Positions 18,926 to 29,027 of a stretch of DNA of 64,000 nt are shown here, one piece after another. Position 1 is the first letter of the stretch; the number at the start of each line of letters is the position of its first letter. Source of the DNA: an uncultured bacterium (GTDB taxonomy: Bacteria; Desulfobacterota_D; UBA1144; Nemesobacterales; UBA2774). The notes under the pieces are model-generated. The model worked only from the letters and a program-made list of their open reading frames with translations, did not search any database and had not been told where the DNA came from. Where the stretch lies: NCBI GenBank assembly GCA_963705505.1, contig CAVPJU010000006.1, positions 704,001 through 768,000 on the forward strand, given 5' to 3'. The position numbers and the translations under genes were made by a program.

Positions 18926-20077
18926 CTAAGCCATTTCTTCTTTACTCGATACAAGCCTGTCGAGGATCTCTCTCTGTATGCCTTCGATCTCTTCCCTGGC
19001 TTTCTTGATTTCCTCGGTGGGCTTTCCCCTTTCCCTGCATTCTTCGACAAGCTCCTCCAGCTTCGCCCCTATGTGCTTTAATTTTGTCTGCGCTTCGATA
19101 TTGGCTTTTATGAGCATTTCCTCGCTCTCCCATTCTCGCTTCGAATACGCATCGAGCTCTTTTGCCTGTATGAGCAGCTCCCTGAGACGGTCCCTCCAGC
19201 CGTGGAGAGATTGGTGTATAACCGACTGGACCTCGGTTTTCTCGCCGGGGTCTCTCCAGAGAACATTCTCCAGAAAGCGCAGGTCCTCCTCCGAGACCTC
19301 GCTCCTCCCCTCAAGATATGCCCTGGCTTTAAGGAGCGAAACCGATTGCTTGTACCTTCTGTCGGAGGGGATTATCCCCTTTTTCCTGAGATCTTTTCTT
19401 ATCCGCGATATAAGCTTCAACATATTGGGAGGCAGTTTTACTTTCTCCGTTTCGGTTTTGCATGTGTTGAGCTCATCAGCCGTTATTACTCCTTCGTCGG
19501 ATTTGTCGGCTTCAGTGTTAAGCATCTTCAGGAACCTGAAATCTTCTCTTATATAATCCACTACGTATCTCAGCAGGAACCTGTCGTAGAGCGCTTCGAG
19601 CTCGTCTTCCTCGGACGGCAGCTCGTTGCTCGCGCCGAAAAGAGAAATCAGGGGTATCTTTACCTTTTCCGTTCCGTTGTAAAAAATTCTCTCGTTCATG
19701 ATGGTGAGCAGGGTGTTGAGTATAGAGGAGCTGGCTTTAAATACCTCGTCCAGAAATGCGATGTGGGCCTCGGGCAGCTTCCCGGCTGTCACCCTTCTGT
19801 ATTCGTCGTTCTCGAGCCCTCTCAGGCTTACCGCTCCGAATAACTCCTCCGGTGTGGTGAACTTGGTGAGAAGCCACTGAAAATATTGGGCCCCCGCGAT
19901 CTTACGGCATAGCTCGTTTGCGAGCTGGGACTTGGCCGTGCCGGGCGGACCGATAAGAAGGAGGTGGCTTCCGGTAAGGAGAGCACAGAACGCCCCGTCG
20001 ATGACATCATCCCTTTCCAGATACCGCGTCTTCAGATCGGTTCTGATCTTCTTTAGTTTTTCTAGAATTCTTTCCAT
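18926..20077 (-). CDS. RavA/MoxR-family AAA+ ATPase
   Basis: GPPGTAKS Walker A, FTTPEELFG, FLDEVFKA, GASNELP, ALYDRF. Confidence 0.9.
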   Translation of the reverse strand: MERILEKLKKIRTDLKTRYLERDDVIDGAFCALLTGSHLLLIGPPGTAKSQLANELCRKIAGAQYFQWLLTKFTTPEELFGAVSLRGLENDEYRRVTAGKLPEAHIAFLDEVFKASSSILNTLLTIMNERIFYNGTEKVKIPLISLFGASNELPSEEDELEALYDRFLLRYVVDYIREDFRFLKMLNTEADKSDEGVITADELNTCKTETEKVKLPPNMLKLISRIRKDLRKKGIIPSDRRYKQSVSLLKARAYLEGRSEVSEEDLRFLENVLWRDPGEKTEVQSVIHQSLHGWRDRLRELLIQAKELDAYSKREWESEEMLIKANIEAQTKLKHIGAKLEELVEECRERGKPTEEIKKAREEIEGIQREILDRLVSSKEEMA

Positions 20078-21174
20078 GTCACTATATCCACTATGACGTC
20101 CTGGTCGCGCCTGGTTTTTTTAATCACGGCTTCGATAACCCTCTTTGTGGGGCTAGCTTCCCCCAGGCTGCCAACGGATCTAACGGAAAATATTTCGCTT
20201 TCTCCGCTGTTGAGGGTAACGCCGACAAGGCCGGCGTTCACTGTTGACTCAGGGTCGATGTTTCTTGCTATTTCTCTCGCCTTTTGCTGGTCGATCACCG
20301 GCGTTTCTTTTCTTGCTTCAATGACTTGATCTGCGATTTGCTCAGCCACGTCGTCGTCGACCTCATCTTCGGAGGAGCTTCCCTGCCCTCCGATCGCCGA
20401 TACGGCTGAGCCTTTAATGGCGGCCATTATCACTACCTTCGGGGCCGTGCTGAAATTAATTTTCTTATCGTGAGGATAGACCGTAACGTAATCCTTTATC
20501 CGGTTGTAGAATTCATCGTCCATGCCGTCGACCATTCGTATCTCCTGAAGTGTATCGAGATGGCCGTCCTTGATCCTGTAAGGATTCTCGAGGCCGGCAT
20601 AGAACTCTCCGTTTGCTCCCGCGGGGTCCTGATCGTTTTCCGCGCCCTGGATAGGTGCGTCTATCCAGTTAATCAGGCTCGAAATGAACCTCTCGGATTT
20701 ATTACTGTCTACATCAAGGAACTTGAAAAGCTCTCTTATTTCCGTAAGCACCTGCTGATCCACCTTGTTTGTCGACGTGTTTACCAGCGCATTAAGGTTT
20801 ATCTTGGACCTTTCGTCGGTCACCGTGACCGAGACGTTCCCGTCACCGACCGGGAAATAGGGCACGCTGATAGCCCAGAGGCCTTCGGAGTTCTGCGCTT
20901 GCCCGCCCATGGCGGCCGTAATCTCGGTGAGCTCTTCGAGCGGTCTTTCCTTAAGTGTGCCGGCTGCGACATGCACTCCCGATTTGGCTATATACCGGGC
21001 TTTGATTTCATCCCGCGTATTTGACGATATCTCCGTATCTATCTGGGTAAAATAGATCAGGTCCGTGACGAGTATCATGAGGATCGCTATGACGATGATC
21101 ACTATGACCAGAACGATCCCTTTTTCCGAATTTCTGTTTCTTGGAGCGCATGTAAAAAGCATTCTTTTTTTCAT
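20062..21174 (-). CDS. gspK: Type II secretion minor pseudopilin K
   Basis: G/IVLVIV prepilin site, DERSKINLN, KINFSTAP. Confidence 0.9.
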   Translation of the reverse strand: MKKRMLFTCAPRNRNSEKGIVLVIVIIVIAILMILVTDLIYFTQIDTEISSNTRDEIKARYIAKSGVHVAAGTLKERPLEELTEITAAMGGQAQNSEGLWAISVPYFPVGDGNVSVTVTDERSKINLNALVNTSTNKVDQQVLTEIRELFKFLDVDSNKSERFISSLINWIDAPIQGAENDQDPAGANGEFYAGLENPYRIKDGHLDTLQEIRMVDGMDDEFYNRIKDYVTVYPHDKKINFSTAPKVVIMAAIKGSAVSAIGGQGSSSEDEVDDDVAEQIADQVIEARKETPVIDQQKAREIARNIDPESTVNAGLVGVTLNSGESEIFSVRSVGSLGEASPTKRVIEAVIKKTRRDQDVIVDIVTWKEF

Positions 21175-21222
21175 GGTTTCGAGGTTGTCTATTGATCCAT
21201 TTATATCGAGAGCATAACCATT

Positions 21223-21906
21223 TTAATTGACGACCGGTATCGTCACCGTCGTGTTGAATACGATATTCTCACCCCTGGGATTTCGCATAATCAGATTTAC
21301 ATTCACAGCGATCGGCAGGGATAATGTTTCGTTCGAATTCCATTCGCTTGCAGACTCCTGCGTTACACCGTCAACAGGACTATTTGCAACGTATGTAAGG
21401 TTGAAACCCACTACTCTTTCCGATAGCGCATATTGAGTCCCCCCTGTCTCGGGTTCTAAGGTAGGGTTGTCCCTTCTGATGAGTGCGAAGAGGTCCGAAT
21501 CCTGGACCGGCTCGAGAAAGTAGCTTATTAGCGTCTGATCTGATTCCCTCGAATTTTGTGTAGGGGTACGAGATAAGGATGTGAAGACCAGCTTGCTGTG
21601 GTCTCCTTCCTTGACCCCGAAAAAAAAGGGTGTTGTGATGTTCGTTGTCTGCGAGTTAACTAATCCCCGGGGAAATGCCGTCGTAAGGTCGTTAGTTATC
21701 TTCGAAATTACGACCCTTGCCTCGTGATAGAGATCAAGCTCTTCTTCTATCCTGTCTTTCGCCTTCGTTATCTGAAAGAATGAAGCATAGAGCACTGTAA
21801 GGACGATGGATCCGATAAATACCGCAAGCAGCACTTCGATGAGGGTAAACCCTCTATCCGTGGTTTGAAATCGCCGTAGCAACTGTGAACTCCTTATTTC
21901 CTTCAT
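21223..21906 (-). CDS. gspJ: Type II secretion minor pseudopilin J
   Basis: GFTLIEVL prepilin motif; position in the operon. Confidence 0.8.
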   Translation of the reverse strand: MKEIRSSQLLRRFQTTDRGFTLIEVLLAVFIGSIVLTVLYASFFQITKAKDRIEEELDLYHEARVVISKITNDLTTAFPRGLVNSQTTNITTPFFFGVKEGDHSKLVFTSLSRTPTQNSRESDQTLISYFLEPVQDSDLFALIRRDNPTLEPETGGTQYALSERVVGFNLTYVANSPVDGVTQESASEWNSNETLSLPIAVNVNLIMRNPRGENIVFNTTVTIPVVN

Positions 21907-22288
21907 CCCAGGTTATTGTCAATATGACGATTCTTATCTCGGTTCCGAGCTGTTCTATGTTATACGGCTGGACGGATACGTACCATTTGAACTCCGGGTT
22001 ATCTTCAAACGTCCCCTGCTGGTCCCCTACTTCCGGAAATCCTCCGATCTCGACTTCTCCGAGCTTCCTTTGGGCAAGGAAAGACGCGATTGAAAGGTTT
22101 TTCGATTGTGACGCGAGGATGAGGTTCTTGTTGACCGCTCCCAGCAGTATTGCTAGGGATGAGCCGATTATCGCAACAGCTATAATGACCTCGAGAAGAG
22201 TAAACCCGGCGTTTCGGGTTTTCTGTTCCGGGCACGATTGCGGATTTTCAGAACAGCCTTGATTTGCGACCGGGACCAGTTTATTCAC
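21854..22288 (-). CDS. gspI: Type II secretion minor pseudopilin I
   Basis: GFTLLEVI prepilin motif; size and gene order. Confidence 0.8.
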   Translation of the reverse strand: MNKLVPVANQGCSENPQSCPEQKTRNAGFTLLEVIIAVAIIGSSLAILLGAVNKNLILASQSKNLSIASFLAQRKLGEVEIGGFPEVGDQQGTFEDNPEFKWYVSVQPYNIEQLGTEIRIVILTITWDEGNKEFTVATAISNHG

Positions 22289-22796
22289 TCCTCATAAGCG
22301 CCACATATTCGTTATATACCTTGGTTCCGCCCGTATAAGGCTTCGTTTCCAGGGTGTAGTTGTCGTTGTTATCTGTTACAAGATGAATAACGGCGGGTTC
22401 GACAAAACCCGTGGGCAGAAACAGTATAAATACCTCGGAATCATCGAGAGCGCTTCTCCCCTGGCTGCGTTCGGTAACGACGTCCTTAAAATGGACGCCG
22501 CTCGGTAATGTCCGTTTTTTTTGTAAGAAATCGGTCGACACGACATACTCGTTGTCATTCAAAACCTCGACCCAGTATTCTCCCCTGTCGATATCGAAGA
22601 CAAGCCTGTAGATGTTTTTCTTGAACGCCGCTTCGTTGTATAGGTACTTGATCGTTCCGCTCAGGTTCCGGGAAGCGCTTTTAATATTCATCTCGGTCCC
22701 GCTTTGAATTTTCGGTAAGGCTATGAATACAAAAGTGCTGATGAGAATAATGACTACCAGGAGCTCTATGAGTGTAAAACCGTTCTTTGATTTCAT
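22281..22796 (-). CDS. gspH: Type II secretion minor pseudopilin H
   Basis: GFTLIELL motif; FLPTG C-terminal pattern. Confidence 0.8.
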   Translation of the reverse strand: MKSKNGFTLIELLVVIILISTFVFIALPKIQSGTEMNIKSASRNLSGTIKYLYNEAAFKKNIYRLVFDIDRGEYWVEVLNDNEYVVSTDFLQKKRTLPSGVHFKDVVTERSQGRSALDDSEVFILFLPTGFVEPAVIHLVTDNNDNYTLETKPYTGGTKVYNEYVALMRSE

Positions 22797-23221
22797 TGTA
22801 TCGTACGGCTCGTAATATCGTCCTCGGACTGCTGTACTCCGTCTTCGCCCATGGAGATTATTTCATAGGTGCCGTCCCCGGTCTGGTCCGGGCCGATATA
22901 AATAAATTCGTTCTTCCAGCCGTCACGAGGGACCTGGCTCCCTTCCAGGTATCCTTCCTTGGAATAGCAGCAGGGTTCTCTCCCCACCGTCGGCTGCTGT
23001 ATCAGGGCGTTCAGGCCCTGCTGTGTTTCAGGGAAGAAACCGTTATCAAGCTTGAAAAGCTTAAGAGCCGACTCCAGGTTTTTTATCTGGATCTTGGTTT
23101 CCTCCTTCTTCGCCTGCCCGAATCTCCCGATAACATTGGTGCCCACAATATATGCGAGCCCCGCGATGATCAGCAGAACGACCATAATTTCAATAAGCGT
23201 GAAACCGCCTTCAGATTTCAT
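22793..23221 (-). CDS. gspG: Type II secretion major pseudopilin G
   Basis: GFTLIEIM, ALKLFKLDNG, GLNAL, DGWKNEF, SMGEDG...DDI. Confidence 0.93.
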   Translation of the reverse strand: MKSEGGFTLIEIMVVLLIIAGLAYIVGTNVIGRFGQAKKEETKIQIKNLESALKLFKLDNGFFPETQQGLNALIQQPTVGREPCCYSKEGYLEGSQVPRDGWKNEFIYIGPDQTGDGTYEIISMGEDGVQQSEDDITSRTIQ

Positions 23222-23236
23222 ATCTCATACCTCCTT

Positions 23237-24442
23237 TTAACTTATAGTTGATGTCAAATTAAATATTGGCAGGAGAACAGCGAAAACAATAAATGCCATC
23301 ACGGCGCCGATTATCAAAATCATAACGGGCTCGAGAAGAGAAGTAAGGGTCGATACCATTGTCTCGACCTGCTGATCATATATATCGGCCACTTTTGTGA
23401 GCATCGCTTCCATTTCGCCGGTCTGCTCCCCGACCGCAATCATTCGCGTTACGAGCGGGGGGAATACTCCGCTGTCCTTCAAGGGCTTTGCAAGACTTGT
23501 CCCTTCCCTTACGTTGGACCTGACTTCTTCGAGAGTTTTACCGTAGACCCGATTCCCCATAACGGCTTCGCCTATCTTAAGCGCATCCAGAAGCGGAATT
23601 CCGCTTGCGAGCAGGGTCCCCAGAGTTCGTGTAAACCTCGATATCACGACCATGGTGGTTATTTTTCCGAATACGGGCAATTTCAAGGATAATCGATCGA
23701 AAAAGAACTTCCCCCTCTCCGTTTTGTTGAAGCGGTAAGCTGCAAAGACGAGTGCGGGGATTAAGATCAGGAGGAGCAGTATATTGTTGCTGAAAAAGCC
23801 GCTTACGTTTATGAGTATGACTGTCATGACGGGCAGAGCCTTCTGGCTGTCCTCGAAAATCTTCGCAATTCTTGGTATTACATATGTCATTGTGAAGAAG
23901 AGTACCCCGCCGCCGATGAAAAACATAAATATCGGATAGATCAGGGCGCTTTTTACTTTGGAAGTCAGGGCTGCCTGTTTTTCAAGAAAATCCGCGAGCC
24001 TGAGCAGCACGATGTCGAGCGTTCCGCTCGCTTCGCCGGCCCTTACTATATTTATGTATAGGTCGGAAAAAACGTTCCTGTGCTCGTTGAGCGCATTTGC
24101 GAGAGAGCTTCCCTCGCTGACCCTGTCCTTCACCTGTGTCAGTATTTGACCGAGTCTGGCGTCCTCCGTCTGTTCGGAAAGAGCCGTTAGAGACGCCTCG
24201 AGGGGCAGTCCTGCCGAGATCAGAGTGGAAAATTGCCTCGTCGTGATCGCGAGCTCGGAAATGTTTACGCCCCTGAAGGGAATGAAACTCCTTGCTTTTC
24301 CCTCCTTGACTTCATTCAGGGACGAGAGGAAGACTCCCTGATGCTTGAGCTTATCCGTTGCACCCTTGGGTGATTCCGCGTCTATAATTCCCTGAACGGT
24401 TCTTCCGGTCTCGTCAATGGCTTTATATTTATATACAGGCAT
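23237..24442 (-). CDS. gspF: Type II secretion inner-membrane platform protein F
   Basis: AGEASGTL, ALIYP, VGEQTG, LLEP. Confidence 0.95.
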   Translation of the reverse strand: MPVYKYKAIDETGRTVQGIIDAESPKGATDKLKHQGVFLSSLNEVKEGKARSFIPFRGVNISELAITTRQFSTLISAGLPLEASLTALSEQTEDARLGQILTQVKDRVSEGSSLANALNEHRNVFSDLYINIVRAGEASGTLDIVLLRLADFLEKQAALTSKVKSALIYPIFMFFIGGGVLFFTMTYVIPRIAKIFEDSQKALPVMTVILINVSGFFSNNILLLLILIPALVFAAYRFNKTERGKFFFDRLSLKLPVFGKITTMVVISRFTRTLGTLLASGIPLLDALKIGEAVMGNRVYGKTLEEVRSNVREGTSLAKPLKDSGVFPPLVTRMIAVGEQTGEMEAMLTKVADIYDQQVETMVSTLTSLLEPVMILIIGAVMAFIVFAVLLPIFNLTSTIS

Positions 24443-24497
24443 AACCTAATATAATATCCTTTTCTGTTGTAAAATCGGGGTAGACCCTATCGGCGGG

Positions 24498-26180
24498 TTA
24501 TATTATGCTTTCCTCTTCGGTAACCCTCATGACCTCGTCAACCGAAGTCAGACCTTTTGCCACCTTCTCCGCCCCGTCCATCCTGAGCGTAGTCATACCG
24601 TGCTCCATTGCCTTTCGCTTGATCTTTGTCGAATCGACCTGGCTAAGCGTCAGGTTTCTTATGTCGTCGTTGATTAAGAGCATTTCGAAAATCCCCGTCC
24701 TGCCGCTGTACCCCATATTAAAACATTTGTCGCACCCCTTTGCCCTATAAAGGATACCGTCATGAAGCTGATTTCGCTTAAGGCCGATCTTTATGAGTTC
24801 ATCGTCATGGGGCTCATACGGTTCTTTGCAGGAATTGCAAAGGAACCTGAGGAGGCGCTGTGCGATTACGGCCATGAGCGAAGAAGCCACCAGGAAAGGT
24901 TCGATCTCCATATCGATGAGCCTCGTGATAGCGCTTGCGGAATCGTTCGTATGGAGGGTGGAGAAGACGAGGTGTCCCGTGAGCGATGCGTGAATTGCGA
25001 TATCTGCGGTCTCTCTATCTCGGATCTCGCCGACCAGGATCACGTCGGGGTCCTGGCGGAGTATGGACCGGAGGCCGTTTGCGAATGTGAGATTTACTTT
25101 CGGGTTAACCTGGATCTGATTGATTCCCTGAATCTGGTATTCGACAGGGTCTTCGACAGTGATAATTTTTTTGTCAGGCGAGTTTATCCTTTCAAGTCCC
25201 GCGTAGAGGCTAGTCGTTTTACCGCTGCCCGTAGGTCCGGTGACCAGTATTATTCCGTGAGGGCGCAGAATAAGCCCTTCAAATATATGGAGCTTCTTGC
25301 CTGCGAGCCCGAGGTCCTCAAGACTGAGGAGCACCGAAGACCTGTCGAGAATTCTCATTACGACGCTCTCTCCCCAAGTCGTCGGCACGGTCGATATACG
25401 GACATCCACGTCCCTTCCCGCAACTTTTACGCGGATCCTTCCGTCCTGGGGCTTTCTCTTCTCGGCTATGTCGAGCTCGGCCATGATCTTGACCCTGGAT
25501 ATTATCGACGCCTGAAGCTTTTTGGGGACCGAGGTTATTTCGTGCAGTATTCCGTCCTTTCTGAATCTTACCGACAACTCCTTCTCGAAACACTCGAGGT
25601 GTATATCGCTCGCTTTTTCCTTTACGGCCTGAAAGAGGAGCGAATTGACGAACCTGATTATCGGCGCTTCGTCCTCGGCTTCGAGGAGGTCTTTGGGCTC
25701 CTGCAGATCGTATTCCGATATACCTGTCGAGTCGTCTTCGATCCCTTCCGTCATCTCCTTGCCGCGCTCGTAGACGCGGTTAATGCTGTCGAGCACTATG
25801 TGGTTCATGGTGAGTACGGGCTCGACTTCGCACCCGAAGAGGGATTTGACTTCATCTATGGCATAAAGGTCGAGCGGCGGCGCAAGGATTATAACGACTT
25901 TTCCGTTCTTCTTCTGGAACGGGATAAGCCTGAATTTTTTTGCGAAGCTGATGGGGAGGATCTTTACGAGTTCCGAATCGATATCCCTTTCGGATATTGT
26001 CAGCGTGTAGGGGAATTCATAGAATTCGGAAAGTACTTCGAGGACTTCCTTCTCGTCAAGAACTTTTGACTTGATCAGGACTTCTTCGAGGCTTTCCCCG
26101 TTCTTGGATATGAGTTCATCTATTTTAACCAGTGCGTCCGGATTTCGTTCGCTTATTATTTCCTGAATACTCTTCATCAT
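24498..26180 (-). CDS. gspE: Type II secretion ATPase E
   Basis: ASDIH, GPTGSGKTT, LRQDPD, STLHTND, tetra-Cys motif. Confidence 0.95.
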   Translation of the reverse strand: MMKSIQEIISERNPDALVKIDELISKNGESLEEVLIKSKVLDEKEVLEVLSEFYEFPYTLTISERDIDSELVKILPISFAKKFRLIPFQKKNGKVVIILAPPLDLYAIDEVKSLFGCEVEPVLTMNHIVLDSINRVYERGKEMTEGIEDDSTGISEYDLQEPKDLLEAEDEAPIIRFVNSLLFQAVKEKASDIHLECFEKELSVRFRKDGILHEITSVPKKLQASIISRVKIMAELDIAEKRKPQDGRIRVKVAGRDVDVRISTVPTTWGESVVMRILDRSSVLLSLEDLGLAGKKLHIFEGLILRPHGIILVTGPTGSGKTTSLYAGLERINSPDKKIITVEDPVEYQIQGINQIQVNPKVNLTFANGLRSILRQDPDVILVGEIRDRETADIAIHASLTGHLVFSTLHTNDSASAITRLIDMEIEPFLVASSLMAVIAQRLLRFLCNSCKEPYEPHDDELIKIGLKRNQLHDGILYRAKGCDKCFNMGYSGRTGIFEMLLINDDIRNLTLSQVDSTKIKRKAMEHGMTTLRMDGAEKVAKGLTSVDEVMRVTEEESII

Positions 26181-26192
26181 AGTTACGTGATG

Positions 26193-28916
26193 TCAGTTGT
26201 CAACGTCCTTATTGAACCCCCTCTCCTGTAAAAGCATATTGCGTCTTTGTCTTTCTTCAAGTAACCGCTGCATGTCTTGTTCGTTCTCGATGATTCTGGG
26301 CGTGAGGAGAATCATGAGATTGATTTTCGTGCTCGATCTCTGCTTGAATTTAAACAGGTTTCCTATCACGGGTATATTGCCGAGCACGGGTACCCTGTTC
26401 TGTAGCACGCTCTCTCTGTCCTGTACGAGTCCCCCTATCACTATGGTCTGTCCGCTTTTTACGACTACGGACGAGTCCGCCGTTCTGGTGGTCGTGGCAA
26501 TACCGAACTGTGCGGTGTTGAGTCCGGCGACCGGAGTGTCCTTGATGGAGGATACCTCGGTCAAAATATCTAAATTCATGAAGTCGCCTTCGCTGATCTG
26601 CGGTGTTATGGACAATCTTATTCCAACGGGCTCACGCTGGATTGTCTGCACCGTCACTCCGCTGTCCCCTACGGTGCTTCCCGTGGGGAACGGTATGACG
26701 TCCGCCACGATAATTTCCGCGGGTTCGTTGTCCGTGGTGACAATGCTCGGCGTGGAAAGGACATTTACGTCCGTCAGAGAGGTCAGTGCCTGAAAAAGAG
26801 CGCTAAAGGACGGTATCGGAGGTATCGGGCCCGAGCCGTCCGGGTCTACTTCCTGACCTATAACACCCATGAAAAGGCCGGAAAGGCTGTTCAGAACGGT
26901 TGTAGATGCTGTGGGGTCGGCTGCGACACCGAGGAGGCTGGGGACACCGGGGAGGACAGTTCCGCCGAAGCCGAGAGTATCGCCGTTTACCGTAAAACCG
27001 ATACTTAAATTGGTCCCGAACGACCTTATTTTATCGAGACCGACTTCGAGGATCGCAGCCTCTACGTATACCTGCTTTCTCCTCACGTCCAATTCTTGGA
27101 TTACTTGCTTGACTGTTTCGTAATCCCTCTTGGAGCCTATAAATATTATGGAATTTGTCGAAGTGTCGGCTGTAACCCTGAGCTCGTCCGTCTCCGCTAC
27201 TATGGCGGATCCGGCTGTTACGCCGCGCTGAATCGCCTGTCGGGACTGGGAGCCGGAGGTGGATCCGAATGCCGAGGTGGATGAGCTACCGAGCTCCGTA
27301 TTTGCCCCTAAGCCCGAGGTTCTTTGTGCCAGGTTCGATTGAGCCCCGGTTCTGGCGCCGCTTCCTCCGAATAAACTCGCGAGAACTGACACTATCTGCT
27401 CGGCATCGGCATTCAAAACCCGGATCACATATATACCCTCTTCCGGTTCGTCAGTTTCGACGTCTAATATTTCAATCACCGCTTTGATTTTTTTCATATC
27501 GTCCGGGTATGCGATAATTATCAGCGAGTTCGTCCTTTCGTCTGTGATTACCTTGAACCCCACTGCGGAGGTTTCGGTCGTCGACTGGGATGTTATAACC
27601 GGAGTTTCGGATCTGCTCTGAGAACCTGGAAGACTACGCGTGCGTGCCGTTGTTTGTCTTTGCGACTGGGATTGTTGTACGGGAGTGTTTGCTGCTCCTG
27701 TCGAAGCCGTTCCTCCGAATATCTCGACAAGCTTGGCTGCCACTTCCGCGGCATCCGCGTTGTGTATCTTTATAAATTCAATTTCGGTCTCTACATCGAG
27801 GTTCTCGATTATTTTCAGTATCCTGTTCAGGTTATCCACTGTTTCAATGATAATGAGCGTATTCGTGGCCGGGTAAACGACTATGTCTCCCTCACGGGAA
27901 ATAAGCGGCTTCAGGATATTCGCTACCTCGCTTGCCTGTACGTTCTTCAGCTGTACCAGTCTCGTGATAAAGCTGTCCGAGGACTCTCCCATCTGGGTGC
28001 CCACTTCCGTAGGTATGCTCGTGATTTTTATGTCTCTCTTGGGGACGATAATATTGGTTCCGTCTTTTTTGACCACCGAGAACCCGTTCAGGCTGAGGAT
28101 GGTTTCAAAGAGCTTCATTGCATTTTCCTTTTTGAAGCCTCCAGGCGCTATTACGGTGATTTTCTTGCCCTTGACCGACTCGTCCAGTATGAAGTTTTGA
28201 CCCGTGATCTCACTGATAGTTTGAATCAGATCCTGTATATCCATCTCTGATTGGAGATTTACTATTTCGCCGTCGGTTATTGTAACCTCCGGTTTTTCTT
28301 CTTTTGTCTCTGTTTCCGTCGATGCTTTTTTTTGAGTTTCCGTTCCGGTTTCTTTCGGCTTGAACTGCGGCAGTCCTTCGCTTTCCCTGCCCCTCGTTCC
28401 GTGATTCTGTCCCTGCTCTTGCTGGCGGTACTGCTGTCTTTGCTGTATCAGTTCCTGTCTTCTCTTTTCAATTTCGGCCTGCCTGTCCGAACTTTGCTGT
28501 TCCGTGTCCGAAGTGTTTCCTTCGCCGAGCGACTGAGTCATGGTTTGGGAGCTATCCGGATCACCGTAAGGAGCGTACTCATCCTTACTCGCAAGTTCAG
28601 GGCCTTTGGTTTCATTCTTGCCGGGTATGTCTATATATTCGCCGACCGATAACACGTCCTTCGTCAAACCGTTGAATTCTTTGAGCTCCCCGACCGACAC
28701 ATGAAACCTTTCTCCGATTTGAGATAAGGTATCGCCGTTCTGTACCCTGTAGCTTGTGTCCTGCTTCACGGCGGAGTTTTCGGATTCTGCAGTTTCGAGC
28801 TCGGTAGTTTGTGCGGAGTTCTCTTTAATAACAGTTTTTTCGTGGTCCGTGTTGACATAGACGTATAAGGTCAAAAGAAATCCCAGAATCAGAACATTGA
28901 TCAGCAATCCTCTCAT
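26193..28916 (-). CDS. gspD: Type II secretion secretin D with an N-terminal LysM domain
   Basis: N0 and N1-3 repeats (TNTLII, DERTNSLII), QVYVEAAILEV, VPVLGNIPVIGNLF, LTPRII; LysM at aa 56-98. Confidence 0.92.
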   Translation of the reverse strand: MRGLLINVLILGFLLTLYVYVNTDHEKTVIKENSAQTTELETAESENSAVKQDTSYRVQNGDTLSQIGERFHVSVGELKEFNGLTKDVLSVGEYIDIPGKNETKGPELASKDEYAPYGDPDSSQTMTQSLGEGNTSDTEQQSSDRQAEIEKRRQELIQQRQQYRQQEQGQNHGTRGRESEGLPQFKPKETGTETQKKASTETETKEEKPEVTITDGEIVNLQSEMDIQDLIQTISEITGQNFILDESVKGKKITVIAPGGFKKENAMKLFETILSLNGFSVVKKDGTNIIVPKRDIKITSIPTEVGTQMGESSDSFITRLVQLKNVQASEVANILKPLISREGDIVVYPATNTLIIIETVDNLNRILKIIENLDVETEIEFIKIHNADAAEVAAKLVEIFGGTASTGAANTPVQQSQSQRQTTARTRSLPGSQSRSETPVITSQSTTETSAVGFKVITDERTNSLIIIAYPDDMKKIKAVIEILDVETDEPEEGIYVIRVLNADAEQIVSVLASLFGGSGARTGAQSNLAQRTSGLGANTELGSSSTSAFGSTSGSQSRQAIQRGVTAGSAIVAETDELRVTADTSTNSIIFIGSKRDYETVKQVIQELDVRRKQVYVEAAILEVGLDKIRSFGTNLSIGFTVNGDTLGFGGTVLPGVPSLLGVAADPTASTTVLNSLSGLFMGVIGQEVDPDGSGPIPPIPSFSALFQALTSLTDVNVLSTPSIVTTDNEPAEIIVADVIPFPTGSTVGDSGVTVQTIQREPVGIRLSITPQISEGDFMNLDILTEVSSIKDTPVAGLNTAQFGIATTTRTADSSVVVKSGQTIVIGGLVQDRESVLQNRVPVLGNIPVIGNLFKFKQRSSTKINLMILLTPRIIENEQDMQRLLEERQRRNMLLQERGFNKDVDN

Positions 28917-29027
28917 CGTTCAGTCCTCACTGTCTGCACGCGCCCTTCTCGGCCTCTATTCGAATAACAGGGTCTCATCAAACCATAAAAGCAAGCCAAT
29001 AACGACTTTGAGCATTCTGAAGCTCTT

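Noticed and set aside
24762..26069. 435-aa plus-strand ORF
   Set aside because: Antisense shadow of gspE with no recognisable motifs; similar shadow ORFs overlap nrdJ, uvrA and other genes
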